DNA of 64,000 nucleotides, taken from Azolla caroliniana. Taxonomy: Eukaryota > Plantae > Polypodiophyta. The notes beneath the pieces were generated by a model. It was not told the DNA's origin. It saw nothing but the letters and a program-made list of their open reading frames with translations, and did no database searches. A program made the translations under genes and the position numbers. Below, piece after piece: positions 33,300-47,113 of this stretch. Each line of letters starts with the position of its first letter. Position 1 is the stretch's first letter. Location: positions 32,240,001 to 32,304,000 of the forward strand of contig JBHGNT010000001.1 in the NCBI GenBank assembly GCA_043228905.1. The letters are read 5' to 3'.

Positions 33300-36200
33300 T
33301 AATCAATCCATCACCAGCCTGTTAGTCAATTTTAGCCAGAGGCCATTCAAATGAGCTGATGTATCAAGTCCTGCAAAGGATTATTCACTATCATCTAACT
33401 TGCTGATACTTGAAGCTTCCATCAAACAATCCACTAATAAACTCCGCTGGTGAAGCAGGAACACTATGCCCAATCATAGCCTCATTTGCCACTCGTTATC
33501 AATATATCAAAATGTTGTGAGTGCCACTTAATTGGTGCTTCTGCAGTTAACCATTACCAGTCCTAGGGAGCAAGAGTAACAAAAGAGCAAGTTTAGTGTC
33601 CTCTCGCGTCAAGGCTACAGTCAACTTTCAATGGAATTTACCATGAGTAACGAAAGAGCAAGTTTAGTGTCCACTGTTATTTCAGGGCTATGATCAAACC
33701 TCCCAACGAATTATCAGTGGCCATGTATAACAAAGGAGCAAATAAAGTGTACACTGTCATGTCAAAGGCTACAATCAACATTCCAAGGCATTATTATTGG
33801 CTTCATTGGCAGATTCATGGACAGAAATACATTCCACGCTACTGAACAATATAAACTATTCCGCAAATTCTGAGCTGCCATTTTATAGATTTCAACAATC
33901 ATAAACGCCACCAAAATGCTAGGCCCACCACAAAGCACAGTTCAATGAAGAATACTTTTCCATCGCTAGAAACCAGCTTACACAGGAAATCAACAAGTTC
34001 ATTGAAGACTATATTCCAAACCACTACCATATCAGTTTACATGAGGCAAAGATTTCAAAATGTTGTCTTCACCTACAATATAAGAAGGTTGCAACCTTAG
34101 GAAAGGGGGACGTGGAATGAATGCAATAAACAGAGAGTTTTAAAAGGAGCACTTACAGACCGATGTATAGGCCGGAAAAGCAATAGACTAACCCAAGCTG
34201 AAGTTCCAATTAGTTGAAAATATCCATATTCCATCTTCAAATGTATCATTAGAAAGGATAGAAACATCTTCAGATGTCAGTTGGAATTTGCCAATTTGTA
34301 GTCCCCCAATGAAATGCGGAGATAATGTTCATTTACAAACATTGTTAATATTGACAATTAGCCGGTAATTACAAAAAATCATAGAATAGAAAAGGTTCGA
34401 GTATCCCAATTGCCAACACGTGACCCAGCCAGAAACCTGCAGCATTTTAATTTGACCCAAACCCAATCAAAAAGCTTTAAGAAATTAAAAAAATGAGAAA
34501 ATATGTCATGATATGATACGAGCCATATTCTTAAAATTGGGCTAAACAGAATATTACTGATATGCTTACCCCAATCTGTTGTCATATAATCATGATGCTC
34601 AACCACCGAGAAAAATCAAGAAACTTCATGCTCTAGAAGAAAATATAAATATAATGTGATAGTGGTATTGGTAATACTTGGGCAACACTATGGATGTTTG
34701 CTTACCCATCCTATCGTATGGTGATACTTCATGATGAAGACTCATCATTAGCCAAAAATGCCCACAAAAACTCTTGTCCAACTTCAGCAACTCCAAGTTC
34801 TCAGACCCGCATAGAAGGATGATTCCAACATTTAGAGAATTTTCATCACAATTCCCAAAGAACTGAAAGAACATTCCTTGTTTAACTCGAAAAGCTGACA
34901 GGAAATGGACGGCTACAATGCATAACCTGCTCCACTAGAGCTATCCACTGATGAAATAATTCCTCAAGAATCGACTAGGCAGACCTATGATCCAACCTCA
35001 CATTCACTTCTCTACAAATTGTAGAGATACAACATGCTTATATAAGCAACAGTCTACAAAATAGTTTTGAAACAATACAAGCAATATTGATACAGATTTA
35101 AAAAATGTCTGATATCATTATTACATTCTATAGTAACAATCTTGATATTCAAATTGGAGCTGTACTCACAGAAGACGACCAGCATCTCCGAACTGCACAA
35201 AACCATTAAACATGATAACATATTTGGTGGAATCCAATACATAAACTGATAAAAAACCCCCAGCAATTCCAAACTGATTGCAAAACTTAAAAATATGACG
35301 ACAAAGAGACTCAGACTAATTCTCAGACTGTACGTCAACGTATAGATATAAGTATTGTGCATAGTAACGTTAAAATATGATGCAGGCCTGAGATTTAAGA
35401 GTATCTTTAACTATAAAACCAACTTACAATTTGCAGAGCACTTTAAAACACTCGATTTAACGCATTGGATTACACATGCACACATTTACCCAGCATCCAC
35501 TCCAATACAAACGATCAAACCCCATCATGGATCTGCAATTCAAAATATAGATCTCCCAAAGGACAGTCTCCAATAACTCTTCCATCTGTCGATCTGTTTC
35601 ACCGTTGATGTTCTCAATGTTTTCCAAACTTCAGAACTACTCAAATGCGTGACCTTCAATAATGACCCTCAAAAACTACACAGATCCCATAACATGATGT
35701 TAATCACCGTTACAATCTTCTTTATAGGGATCATCAAAACAAATAGCCTAATGCTGCAGTAGATGTTAAAATACAAGTGAAAAACATCTTGATCGTTGAT
35801 ACATAAGAGCATGTTAAAATAACTCTACGAGACAACTGATGTGTCTTATTCTACTTGTACAATGCAGTTCTGTTTTTGTTCAATCTTGAAAACCTACACT
35901 ACGTATTTTAGAACACTAGACTTCTAATCGACACAAACAGAGGAAATAAATAATGCACAAGCAACAAGCACAATGGAGGTAAATTCCACCTCAAAAACAC
36001 GTCCTGAGCAAATTCTGATCCACCCCGTGAGCGCACCCTTAGGGGAAGGATCATACGTTCATCTAACTTCAGATACTATTTACGAAACACTATTGATCGT
36101 TCAGTATTAATGGTCATAACGATTACGGAGATTGCTTCAGTTGCGTGATCCACCCCGTGAGCGCACCCATAGGGGAAGGACCGCATCGTCTATATAAGGA

Positions 36201-37960
36201 ACTTAAATGTTAATGAATTAAATAAACGATCGATGTCCCATATCGTCATTATGTGATATTATCGATTTAGGCGGATGAGGAACTTATATATAGACACTTC
36301 AACCGTAAGAATATATGCTAGACTTAAAAACACGCACACACCACAAACAAAAACAGGCACAGAAACACAAAGGGACAAACACAAGCAAAACACACAGCTG
36401 AGGGGGGGTAGAATTCCCCCCTCAAAAACAAAAATGGTAGATTTTTATTGCTTGTTGATCCACCCCGTGAGCGCACCCATAGGGGAAGGATCATATGATC
36501 GAGGTAGAAATAGAAGCCAAAAGCCATCCAATGGGAATCGGTGATGGAGACGAATGTAAAAGCAAACCAGCACGCCACCAGAACACGAACTGATGACACT
36601 TGAGTGGCTACAATGAGAGCTAAATATCTACCATAGGGACATCATTCATCCCCGTACAATACTGCCAAATAATAAACAACACTTCCATAGAGACCTTTCT
36701 AACCATCAGGACCATGCCATCGACGATGCTTGATTTATTAAAACCCAGATCTGCGACAAGTGTTCTTCCTATTATTAAACAAAATAAAACCATGAGTCAA
36801 TCTGAAGTCATACACAATATAATACTATTTTCTTAAAACATGGCAACAAACAATTAAAAACTGTTCAAAAATTTCATAAAACTGATTAAAGATTTATACC
36901 TCAAGTTGAGAAGTTATCTTCCCGGTCACTTGAACTATACTATTTCCAGAAAGCCTCCTCCGTAGCCTTCTCTGAACTACCGGATGAAATAAAATAGGAA
37001 ATACGGATAAATCAGAACAAAGATCCAGAATCCATGTGTAGTTATATCATGTTAACTGATAAAACAGATCCAAGAGAAAAATCTTCGGAACTATTATCAA
37101 TTTAATTGAAAAATCAGAACAAAAAAAAACTTGTTTGCGTAGACATATCAAAGAAAAGTACACCACGCATAAAAGGACAGATTTGTGGAGTAAACGAAGC
37201 AAAGAACGAACGAAAAATATCGAGAATGGAAAAGATCAGACACAAACGAATCTCGAGATCTACTGACGGATCTGTTAGAAAAAACGAGATCTGAGGACGA
37301 ACCTACAAGAAAACAGGAAAATCACAACCAAAGACGGCTCTGAACTAGTTTCTCCCACTTCGGGAGATACAAAGATAAAAACTGAGGAAAAAACTAGAAA
37401 AATAAGAACTTTCATGAGGAAAGCAACAAATCCCAAAATTGTTCTGAACCATATTCACACGAAAATTTAGGGAAACGGAAAATTTTGAAAGAATCAGGCT
37501 ACAGATGTTAAAAAGAAAATGAGAGATTCACAAAATTATTGAGGGATCTGGCAGAAGCAACAAAAAAAATACGAGGGGAGGGAATTACCAAAACGGAGAG
37601 AGAAGAGGAAGAAGAAATCTTCTCGCTAGTTACCTGTGGAAGGATCTGTGGCAAGAATAGAAAAAAGCGAGGGGATGGAAGGGGGCGGAATAGTCAAGGG
37701 ATGAGAGAGGGAGGACAGAAGACGGAGAGAAACGAAGCCAAGGCGAGATATGCAGAGATGATGTGACCAGATCTGTGAATTTGGAGGGAGTCTCCATCAT
37801 CATCATCTTCTCCTTCTTCTTCCTCCTTCTCTGTGTGCTTTCCGAAGGTGAAGAAGAAGAAGAAACTGGAAGGCCTTAAGGTAAAAGAGGCAGAGAGAAA
37901 CAGAAGAAGAAGAAGAAGAAGAAGAAGAGAAGGAGATGCTTTCTGCTTATTCTCTTCTTC
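33300..37960 (-). ncRNA. Putative spliced long non-coding (or small-peptide) RNA gene with repeated hairpins, possibly CR20/GUT15-like; ends approximate
   Basis: Minus-strand CT-rich leader after CCTAAATAG (~37985). Candidate donors CAG/gtaact (37634), GAG/gtataa (36900), CAG/gttatg (34927), TCT/gtaagt (34157); candidate acceptors at 36971, 34436, 34072. No recognisable protein ORF; three copies of a 38-nt hairpin. Confidence 0.55.
36016..36493 (-). repeat. Three dispersed copies of a 38-nt GC-rich hairpin (36016-36053, 36146-36183, 36456-36493)
   Basis: Minus-strand consensus TGATCCTTCCCCTA(T/A)GGGTGCGCTCACGGGGTGGATCA with unrelated flanks. Confidence 0.93.
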
Positions 37961-40900
37961 TTTTCTTTCTTTCCTTTTTCTATTTAGGTAACCGACTCGA
38001 AGATGAGGAGACGTGTTCACACTTGTCCGCCCACCCGCCTCCCGTTTCACACTTGGGCCGGACTCTTCCAGCTGGCTTGGCGGAAGGCACACGCAACACG
38101 CAACACGCAACCGCCCACCAAAAAAACTAGACCGGACCGATCCGACCCAACACTCGTTTTCTTTTTAAGTTTCTAATAAGATCTGTCAACCAAGTTTTAG
38201 CAGCTCACTATGTACATACATATATGTAAATGTAGTGTGGAGTCTTAAGCATTCATTATTCATTGGCTATGGCTCGCTCCCCCACGATCAATCACATGAT
38301 GTCCCAGAGAAGTCTTGCAAATCGCTTCTGTTGGCCGCGCAACCTCTTCCATCTCTTTTGCCCGGCTGCGAATCCCCCCCGAATCCATAACCCTGGCACC
38401 TGACCGACTGCGTTCTCGCCCACACTCGTGCATTGCGTGATTTCCCCTCCTACGATGCCACATCGCCCCCACACAACCAACCAACCAACCATCCACCCCT
38501 TTGGATAATACTATATCTGTTGCCGAGAACGCCACCTTTCATCCTCGTCCTACCATTCACTAGTCAATTGTGTAAGCCTGACGAGAACCTTCTTAGGTGC
38601 ATTCACATCATTCAAACCCAAACACACTCCTATGATCCTTTCACCATATCCAGTAATCGTAATTGTACACAATCTCTTGTTCGATAACACACGGGGATTG
38701 TTTTACAACTACCCTTGAAAAGAGGCTTCAAGACGTTTAGGCAATGTTCTCGTACGCCTACTTTGAATCTTTATGATGTTTTGTGCAAAACTTATGAGAG
38801 AAATCTTGTTCTCCTCCTATGAACTCTTTGTTATTGAGAGAGTTGTATATCATTTTTCATGTGAAAGTTGTGTGATAACCTCCAAAATGTTGCATTCAAA
38901 TATTGCTTTTGCACATAATGTCGTATTCATAGGCAAACAATGACTCTTTAACAATTCTCTACCAACGACACTTTACCAATTCCTTGACTTGTTCATAAGT
39001 ATAAAAAAAGAAAGGAATGTTGCATGATTCATATGTTGTTAGCTTTGATAAGTTACAGAGTTTCGGGTGGACATGCATTGGAGAATAATCATCTCTTTGT
39101 GTTTTACCCAATCTTCATATGAGATCATTCTCTCCCTCTGTCATGCACAATTCCGTGAGGTTAAGAAACAACAAATGCAAACACATATGTGGGAGAAAAC
39201 TTATCCCAAGCAAATTTGATAAAGTTGCAAAACCACAATTCATCCAATCTTCCTATCAATGAATTCTTTTTACTAGAAAAACAATTGCCTAATTCAAAAC
39301 AATCTATTTAGTAAACAAATACATCTGGCATCATATACATATGAAAGCTTTAGCACTTAAAAGCACTATTCATGTTCATTCATCCTCAAAGCCCCATGAT
39401 ACACCTCGTTACAATAACAACCATTAGATTCATACACATTTCAATTTTAATTTTCACATCTTTGCTTCATTTGATCGGTCTCATATGACATGGTCTAAAT
39501 TTGATATTAAAAGACATTGATCTCTCTCTTTCTCTCAAAAGCATATGCAAATATGCTCCATGACTAAGCACTAAGCACTAACCTATATTTCCTCAAAAAG
39601 AGATTTGAATCTTGCTAAAGATTTTTGTTTCTATTTGACTTTATGCATTGTCGAAGAATTAAGTAGTTTCTTTCATTGATGACCCACTCAATGTTGTATA
39701 CCTTGTATTGTTCAAATGTCATTCATTGCATACATCAATAGGTTCACCTAATGCGTTTATCATAAGATGCTGAGTGATTGCAAAACGTGAGGTGGATCTG
39801 CATTTGACTTTTATTCCTGTGCCTTTCCTATTTTAGAGGAATAGTTTTTGCTTATTTTCCATTGATGAAGTGGACACAATGCATGAGAAGGGAATAGTTT
39901 AAAGAATGTTCCATCATAGAGATTATGACATTTTTTATACATGCTATATGAAATGGATATCAATTCCAATCTACAAACATGGGTTCGTTCCAATCTACAA
40001 AAATGGGTTCGTTCCAATCTACAAATATCACAAATACATATGTGACGAGTGTACATCCAAACTGTACACAATTATACGAAAAGGTATTCATGGTAATCAC
40101 ATGGATATCAATTATATCATGGACTTTTGCATTAGGGGTAGTATAGGTCCTACACTTTTTGAGTGGTAATTTATGAATATCACAAATACATATGTGATAA
40201 GCATTACATTCAAATTATACATGTTACACGAAAAGGTATTATTGATGGTAAACATGTGGATATTATTTCATGGGCTGGTATTGGCCTACCCTCTAAAGCT
40301 TGTACAAAATCATCCTCCACAAAAATAACTCACTTATTGACAGGGATATCACGTGTTCACTTCATGAAATGGCAGACAGCTACTTCTTGTTGCTCTGCAA
40401 AATCATCCTCCACAAAAATCACTCACTTATTGAGATGGAAATGCTAATTATCATTATATTGTAATTAGTGGTGAAACTAACTACTGTCATGATTGAAGTT
40501 ACAACAATTAATATTCTGACCAGTAAATCATAATAACATTGTTAGTCCTCAATCAAATAAATAGCACTGTCATTGATAATACTAATAAAAGAGAGCATGC
40601 AATAAGAGCTATTGACAATAGCCAATGTTCTAACTAATGAGTTAAATCAAATTATTAGCTGTGCCCAATGCCAATAAACGTATTGCTAATTACAACATTA
40701 AAAAACAATACTAGTTACTATGATAATTACCTCTCTAATCACCTCAATAGTGAAGGTTTGATTTTGTGGAAAATACTAAAAAAAAGTAATTTAAGCATCT
40801 AGGTATGTATAATTAATGACCCAAGCAAGGCACAAGGTAATAATACTATGCAAAATAGAAAGGGCGTTTATATCAATGACATTCCTGTATTAATAAGAGA

Positions 40901-41947
40901 GTAATATTGATCTTCTCCTTAACAACAATAAAAACTGTCATGAGCCCACATAGACTCACACAGATTCTACGATAAAAGTTAGAATCTGGAAATTTCTTAC
41001 AAAAGAAATGGAAATCAACCACATTTACCTGTGGAAGATTGTAAACAAGAAATAGCTGTTTCTATTTTATTTTATTTTTGCTGGAATACCCATGTAATGA
41101 TTTCCATATATATATATATATATATGGACACACACATACACAAACGCACGCACTCACGCATTACCTGAATACCTGTCTTTAGTCCAAATTTGACATTCTC
41201 ATCCATTTTGAAAAATCGAGGATGTTGTCCAGTAATTACTTAAATGTTATGGCCATTTAGACCTTTATCTACTAGAATTGCCACATAATCATGAGAAAGT
41301 GGTAGCATGCACTATTATTTACCTTTTGTCAAAAATACATATTTATGTAATGGTTGACAAGGCTATCTATCTATAATATGAATTCTAGTCTTTGCTTTTT
41401 CAAAGAATTCCAAAGGTGGGTTTTTTCAAATTCTATTTGTCGCCTACAAATATTGGAGATTTGACAAGCCTGTTTTCTACTCAAAAAATTATGTCAGATT
41501 TCAACATTAGATATTCTCAAACTCTAATCTCTTCTGACATCATAAATCTACCTCGTTTCCATTTATATAGCTCAAGTCTTCTATGTGGTTGCTATGTAAT
41601 GAACTATTTACTTCTTTTTGAGAGAAGATGACCTTTTATTAACTATATAATATTTCCGTCAGAATTGCCGCTTGACCAAATTATGAGCTATGTGCTTAGT
41701 CCCATTCTCATTATTTGCCCAGAAAATAACCAATGTTCATATAATCAAAGTCATGGGGTGTATATATGCATGATGAGCTCTCAATTTTCATGTGAAGGTC
41801 AGAGTTTCAGACTTCATTGATCATTCCCATTTGCAGTCCATATAAATCCCTAAGTTGGAAGCATGTTTTAAACACTATTTGTTTTTAAAATCAACAACTA
41901 TGATACTAATGATATGCATTACATACCTACTATGATGTTTATACTTC

Positions 41948-44900
41948 TCAGCCAGTTGGACTGTTCTTTTGTGTTGTCATGTCTATGTTTGCCACTGGGA
42001 AGTTCCGCCACAATGCTGCCAGAACACTGCCAAGTATAGAATGGCACACACTTGAAACTGCACAAGGCACTGCTGTCAAAGGGTTGCTAAAGTGTTGATT
42101 TGCAAGCACAACCCCTAAGACGGAGTTCTGTAAAAACATCAAAGCTCAAAATGGTTAGAATCCCCTGCCCTGGTCAATTAAGATAGCCTACTAAATATGA
42201 GATTTTGACCATAGGGGAAGAGGGTGTGGGGTTCTACAGCCACCTGTCCATCTAATATATTATTTTGTTTTTCATTATTATTTCCCCTAGTATTAAGCCT
42301 AGCCTCAAACTCCTCAGGTTAGACTATATATTGACCCCTATCCACATACACCACTAGCCCTTAGGTAACTCTCTTAGATCGGAGTGTATAAATGGGTCAT
42401 TCGTGATCTTTATTATATCTCGTGGCTAATAATTAAGCATGAGTAACACTTTTATTCTCAAAATATGTGAAAAACATTTTTAGACCATTTACTTGCATGC
42501 CAACTTCAATTGAGATTGTCCGAGCTATGGAGCTTTCAAAACCCAAACTCTTTGACAAGACAAAGCCCAAGCAAAACCCGATAGAATGTAAGCAAACCAC
42601 TGCTAGCACTATTTGTCCTCCTGAAGCTAAGATGGCTTGAGAATTTTGGGCAATAGCACTTGCACATAAACCAGCAACCGCGATGATAGCCACCAAGGGT
42701 GCAAAAGGCGCAACCTTCTTCACAATTTTTGGAAAGTAATGTGCCATAGCGACTCCTGTCATGACTGGAACAAGAACCACCTATGACAAATGAATAGCAG
42801 AATCAGCATGCATCAATATGCAACATAGTATGTGAGTTCAACAGCAGGGATCTTTAAATGCCCCTTTTCTCTGCAACATTTACATGCAAAAGGGCACCAT
42901 TATTCACTTCGAAACCAAGATGGATTAATTTTAATCGGAAGAAAATTGTGGAGAGATTTTCTTTTCCAAATAAACCTACATATGAAATAATGTTTTATTG
43001 AGGAAAGTTACACAGGTACAGAATTTTTAACTCAAAAACTCCAAAATATTTCACCAAATGCCCTAAAATCTCAGAATTCCCCCAAATGCCTTAAGGAACC
43101 ATCAAAAGATAGAAAAATGGGACAAATTGAAAAAAAGAACATAAAATAATCGGTCAAATAGCACATAAATGGGAAACAGGGGACAAATTGATCATATTAT
43201 TGCTCAAATGGCACATTTATTTGCTTGAGAGGTGGTTGACTTTGGTATTTAAGGGAAATAATTAAAGTTTTGTATCATTTAAGGAAATAAAGGAAAACAA
43301 GGGAGTTTGGTGAGTCTTTTCACTTTTGTAAATAGGTCGTGAATGCACATGATATAGAAGGTACATATCAACTTCCATTTCTTGTTTCTTGACCATCAAA
43401 CATACATACAGTGCAGGAAAGATGGAAAACTTGCCTGAAGAGTGGACATTAAAAGGGCAACCGCATCCACAGCAACATATTGCCCAGCAAGTGTTGCCGT
43501 CAAGAAGGGAGTCATGACCTAGAAGTTAATTATCAGTTTAGTTATTTTATGTAGAAGTATACATGATATCGCTAAAGATATAGCTCCAAAGGAAAGGCAA
43601 TTAAATGGCAAATAATGTGCTCTAGCATATATGAAACTTTCTTTGGCTTAATCTCAATTCAAGATAGTGGCATACTAAGCTAGGATTGACATACCACAGC
43701 CAAAAAAGTACTAGCAGATGTCATGATAACAGAAAGAGCCACATGTCCCCTGCATTTGAGTAAAGTGTTAGTTCAGGGAATGTTGATGCGATACACCTTA
43801 CAGCCAGCATTGCAAATACAAAAGAATACAGAAACTTTACTTTCCGAAACCACAAGTCTTCCTACATTAGAATAATAACACAATCAATAAATTTGCTCAC
43901 CGAGCAAGGTAAGTAACCACATTACTTGCTGTTCCTGCAATTAGAAACGCTAAGGAGTTATAATGTGATTCAGATGGGCATAGTATCGCTCTGCACCATT
44001 GTAATCTGCAAGCAAATGTTTATAAAGTAAACTGCATCTATTAATGAACAAAGGAGTGCTACACCTTCACTGGAAACTTGACTATTCACTCTATTACAAA
44101 AAAAAATTCAGCAATAAAAGGGATGATCTTTATGGACATAGGGGTTATATGTATGTTTTCAACTGTAAATAAGATTTGGCTTTTAAGATAAAGAGAGAGA
44201 TAGAGAAAGAGAAGGACCGCCTGGACAACATGCAACCAAAACCAATCCAGCAGCATAATATGAAGGAAGCTGAAACAAACGACCAATGATTGCACCTGCA
44301 CTTGGCATTACCTATTTAAAAAGTTGGAAAAAAATTATTTCCCATTAAAATTCACCTATTAATCTGTTATGCAAAAGAGCAGAATTGAGGATTTCTATGC
44401 AATTGGAATAATTTCCCACATTTTAGGCTATGCGATTAGTCATACCACTACCCTTTTCAAAATTAATTGCATTAAGGTACAAAAATGCCAAGCACATGCC
44501 TGCAGACACAGACATGCTTTGGAATTGAATAAAGGGGAAAATCCACAAAAATATTGCTTTAGACCTTCGAACTATAGATCATAAGCTCATTTCTGAAAGA
44601 AATTTTCCATAGGCAATTCATTATTTCCCATTAAAATTCACCTATCAGTCTGTTGTGCGAAAGAGCAGAATTGAGGATTTATATGCAATAGGAATAGTTT
44701 CCCACATTTTAGGCTATGCAATTAGACATACCACTACCCTTTTCAAAATTAATTGCATGAAGGTACAAAAATGTCAAGCACATGCCTGCAGACACAGATA
44801 TTCTTTGGAATTGAATAAAGGGGGAAATCCACAAACAAAATTACAATTAAGTGATTCAACATATTTTAACTAGAAACCAGTAAAAAAAATATATGTGCAT

Positions 44901-47113
44901 CAGTATCCTTTGAAACATGCCAAGAATGGACACATGATGTAAAATTGGTTTTGTGCTTGACACTCCCAGAAAGATGACACTTCTGAATATTTTAAGAGTG
45001 TGCTTTCTAAAAGAACTACCGTATAAATACATACTGTGTATTGAAGGATAATGCCAGCAACAAGCTCCTTCGGCATAGAAAAAGCCGCCCCGAAGTCATC
45101 AACCGATAGTGTCATTCCCATGCCTAAAAGATTCATGTCATTCATAATTCATGCAAACGTTTGCCCAGCTTATAAAAATGCAAGAAACTGCATAAGTTCT
45201 TCAAAGATAGGAAGCATTCAAAAGACAAAATTGCTGCATGCTTACAGTAGGAATATGGTAAAATACAAAACAACATACAAGGAGACGGAGGATTAGCTTT
45301 CAACCTGGAATCTATAGGCAAAAAGAACATTTTTCTTACTGGTTGCCAGACCTAACATGTGGTGCTTATGAGCTCTTCTCTATCCCTAGGATATAAACCC
45401 GTTGAAATAAGATAATAAGAGCTCAAATAATATGCAAGAAGTAAATATGATTCTAAAATATAACAGTGATTATTTTTGGCATGGAACATAGAAACTGGAA
45501 AAATATGAGCACATGTAATCTTGCCGCATGCTTACAGTAGGAATATGATAAAATACAAAACAACATACAACTTGGAATCTATAGGCAAAAGAACCTTTTT
45601 CTTACTGGTTGACAGACCTAACATGTGGTGCTTATGAGCTCTTCTCCATCCCTAGGATATAAACTCGTTAAAATAAGACAATAAGAGCTCAAATAATATG
45701 CAAGAAGTAAATAACAAATGATTGAATAAAATGATGAATACAATAATCTAAGAAAGAGCAACGATCGATGTGGTATTGCATCAACCAAATACAAAGAATT
45801 CTTGATTTCTCTCATTCTTTAACCTCCAAATGGCTTTCTCATTTTCTTCTCAGCATTGTATCGGGGACTAGAAACCACTGTGGACTGGATCTTCAAGTAT
45901 ATGCATCAGTGTTTTGCTGTGCTGGGCTGATGCTCTAGGTCAGCCAAGAGAAAATAATACTAGTGACGGAATTAGATTCAATGAAGTAACATGCTGATTA
46001 TACATCAATTATACATTATACATCACCAGAAGCACAAAGAAAATGACATTAATGGTGAAATCTCTAGAGTTTTTTGGTTCAACAAGGAGCCTTGCTTATT
46101 ATACATGATTATATTGTCCTGGCCTCGGGTTCATCATTCAAGGGAGACCTTGTGGTGTGAGAAATACTGATGTCTATAATGAGAGCATAGGCATGCTATC
46201 AAAGGTCATGGTAATTGCATAGTTAAGTGCGTGATAAATGCCACTACTAGATTGTTGCTTATCATTCCCGATTAATACAATTGTAAACTTCTAAGAAGCA
46301 GGGAGAATAACGTGATAAAATGTTATTACCAACACAATATAGTGATGATGTATCTTATTTATTATATTTAAGTTACACGATCCAACTATTAAGAATCGTT
46401 ACAAATAGAATGAAAAACATTCCTGTCATTACGAATCCAACATAGTGATAAGTGAATAATAAGCTCCTATTCCTAGCAATCATAGAGAATAAAGTGAGAA
46501 TTACTTAATACTAACCCAACATGGTGACGATGAGGCCAAACATTTGCCACCCTCCCGTGATCCAAGTGAACGCTTGAGGTCTTGCAAGCGCAGAAAGGCA
46601 CGCGATGGCGACCCACACCGGGAACGAAATGGATAGAAGGTCAACCAATTGCAAAAGGTTTGACATCCATGGCGGTGACAAAGCATGTGCTGCTACGTGT
46701 CCATCCTCGTGTGGGCCCACCTCTCCTCCACTATCTAGCCTCGCAGCAGAGGAGAAGGTAACAAAAGGCTTTTTTCCAAGATAGCTAGGTTCCTTGGGCA
46801 CCCCTCCAAGAGAAGGGACTCTGGGGACCCCAAGAAAATTAGGGCTAGGGTCTGCTTTGTGTGCCGCCACGTGGAAATCCATGTGTATGCCCCTCCATCC
46901 TTCTCCTCCTCCATCGAACCTCGCGGAAGAAGGCTTGTTTTGTGAGGAGGCTCTGAGAAATTTCCGATTTCCTTTGCATGGTGAGGAATGTCGAATTTGA
47001 GGTCTTCTGCGTAAATGCAGCAAAGCAGATGAAGGAGATGGAGTTCGAAGAGAGGAGGGGAGAGAGGAAGGGGTGCCTTGTGAGGAGAAGTGGCCTGGAA
47101 ACAGAGAAGCCAT
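41948..47113 (-). CDS. BASS1: Plastid bile acid:sodium symporter family protein (BASS1-like); exons 47113-46516, 45123-45035, 44311-44218, 43934-43901, 43749-43695, 43518-43435, 42780-42493, 42127-41948
   Basis: Spliced product reads TMLGMGMTL...LQYTVMP...[29 protein letters not shown]...VMTPFLT...[40 protein letters not shown]; transit-peptide-like N-terminus. Confidence 0.93.
44335..44835. repeat. Diverged ~220-bp direct duplication in BASS intron 2
   Basis: ATTTCCCATTAAAATTCACCTAT...GAATTGAATAAAGGGG near 44335 and 44620; the paralogous ORF-track translations confirm it. Confidence 0.88.
45232..45712. repeat. Diverged ~200-bp direct duplication in BASS intron 1
   Basis: GCATGCTTACAGTAGGAATATG...AATAATATGCAAGAAGTAAAT near 45235 and 45525. 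Confidence 0.88.

Noticed and set aside
36016-36493. CRISPR-like array, snoRNA, miRNA or 18S rRNA 3'-end mimic (GGAAGGATCAT) reading of the repeated hairpin
   Set aside because: Irregular spacing in a eukaryote with no cas genes; no clear C/D or H/ACA boxes; no known mature miRNA recognised; rRNA similarity is only ~11 nt.
43008-43332. Possible decayed MITE in a BASS intron
   Set aside because: Inverted similarity of the ends is weak and no TSD could be established.
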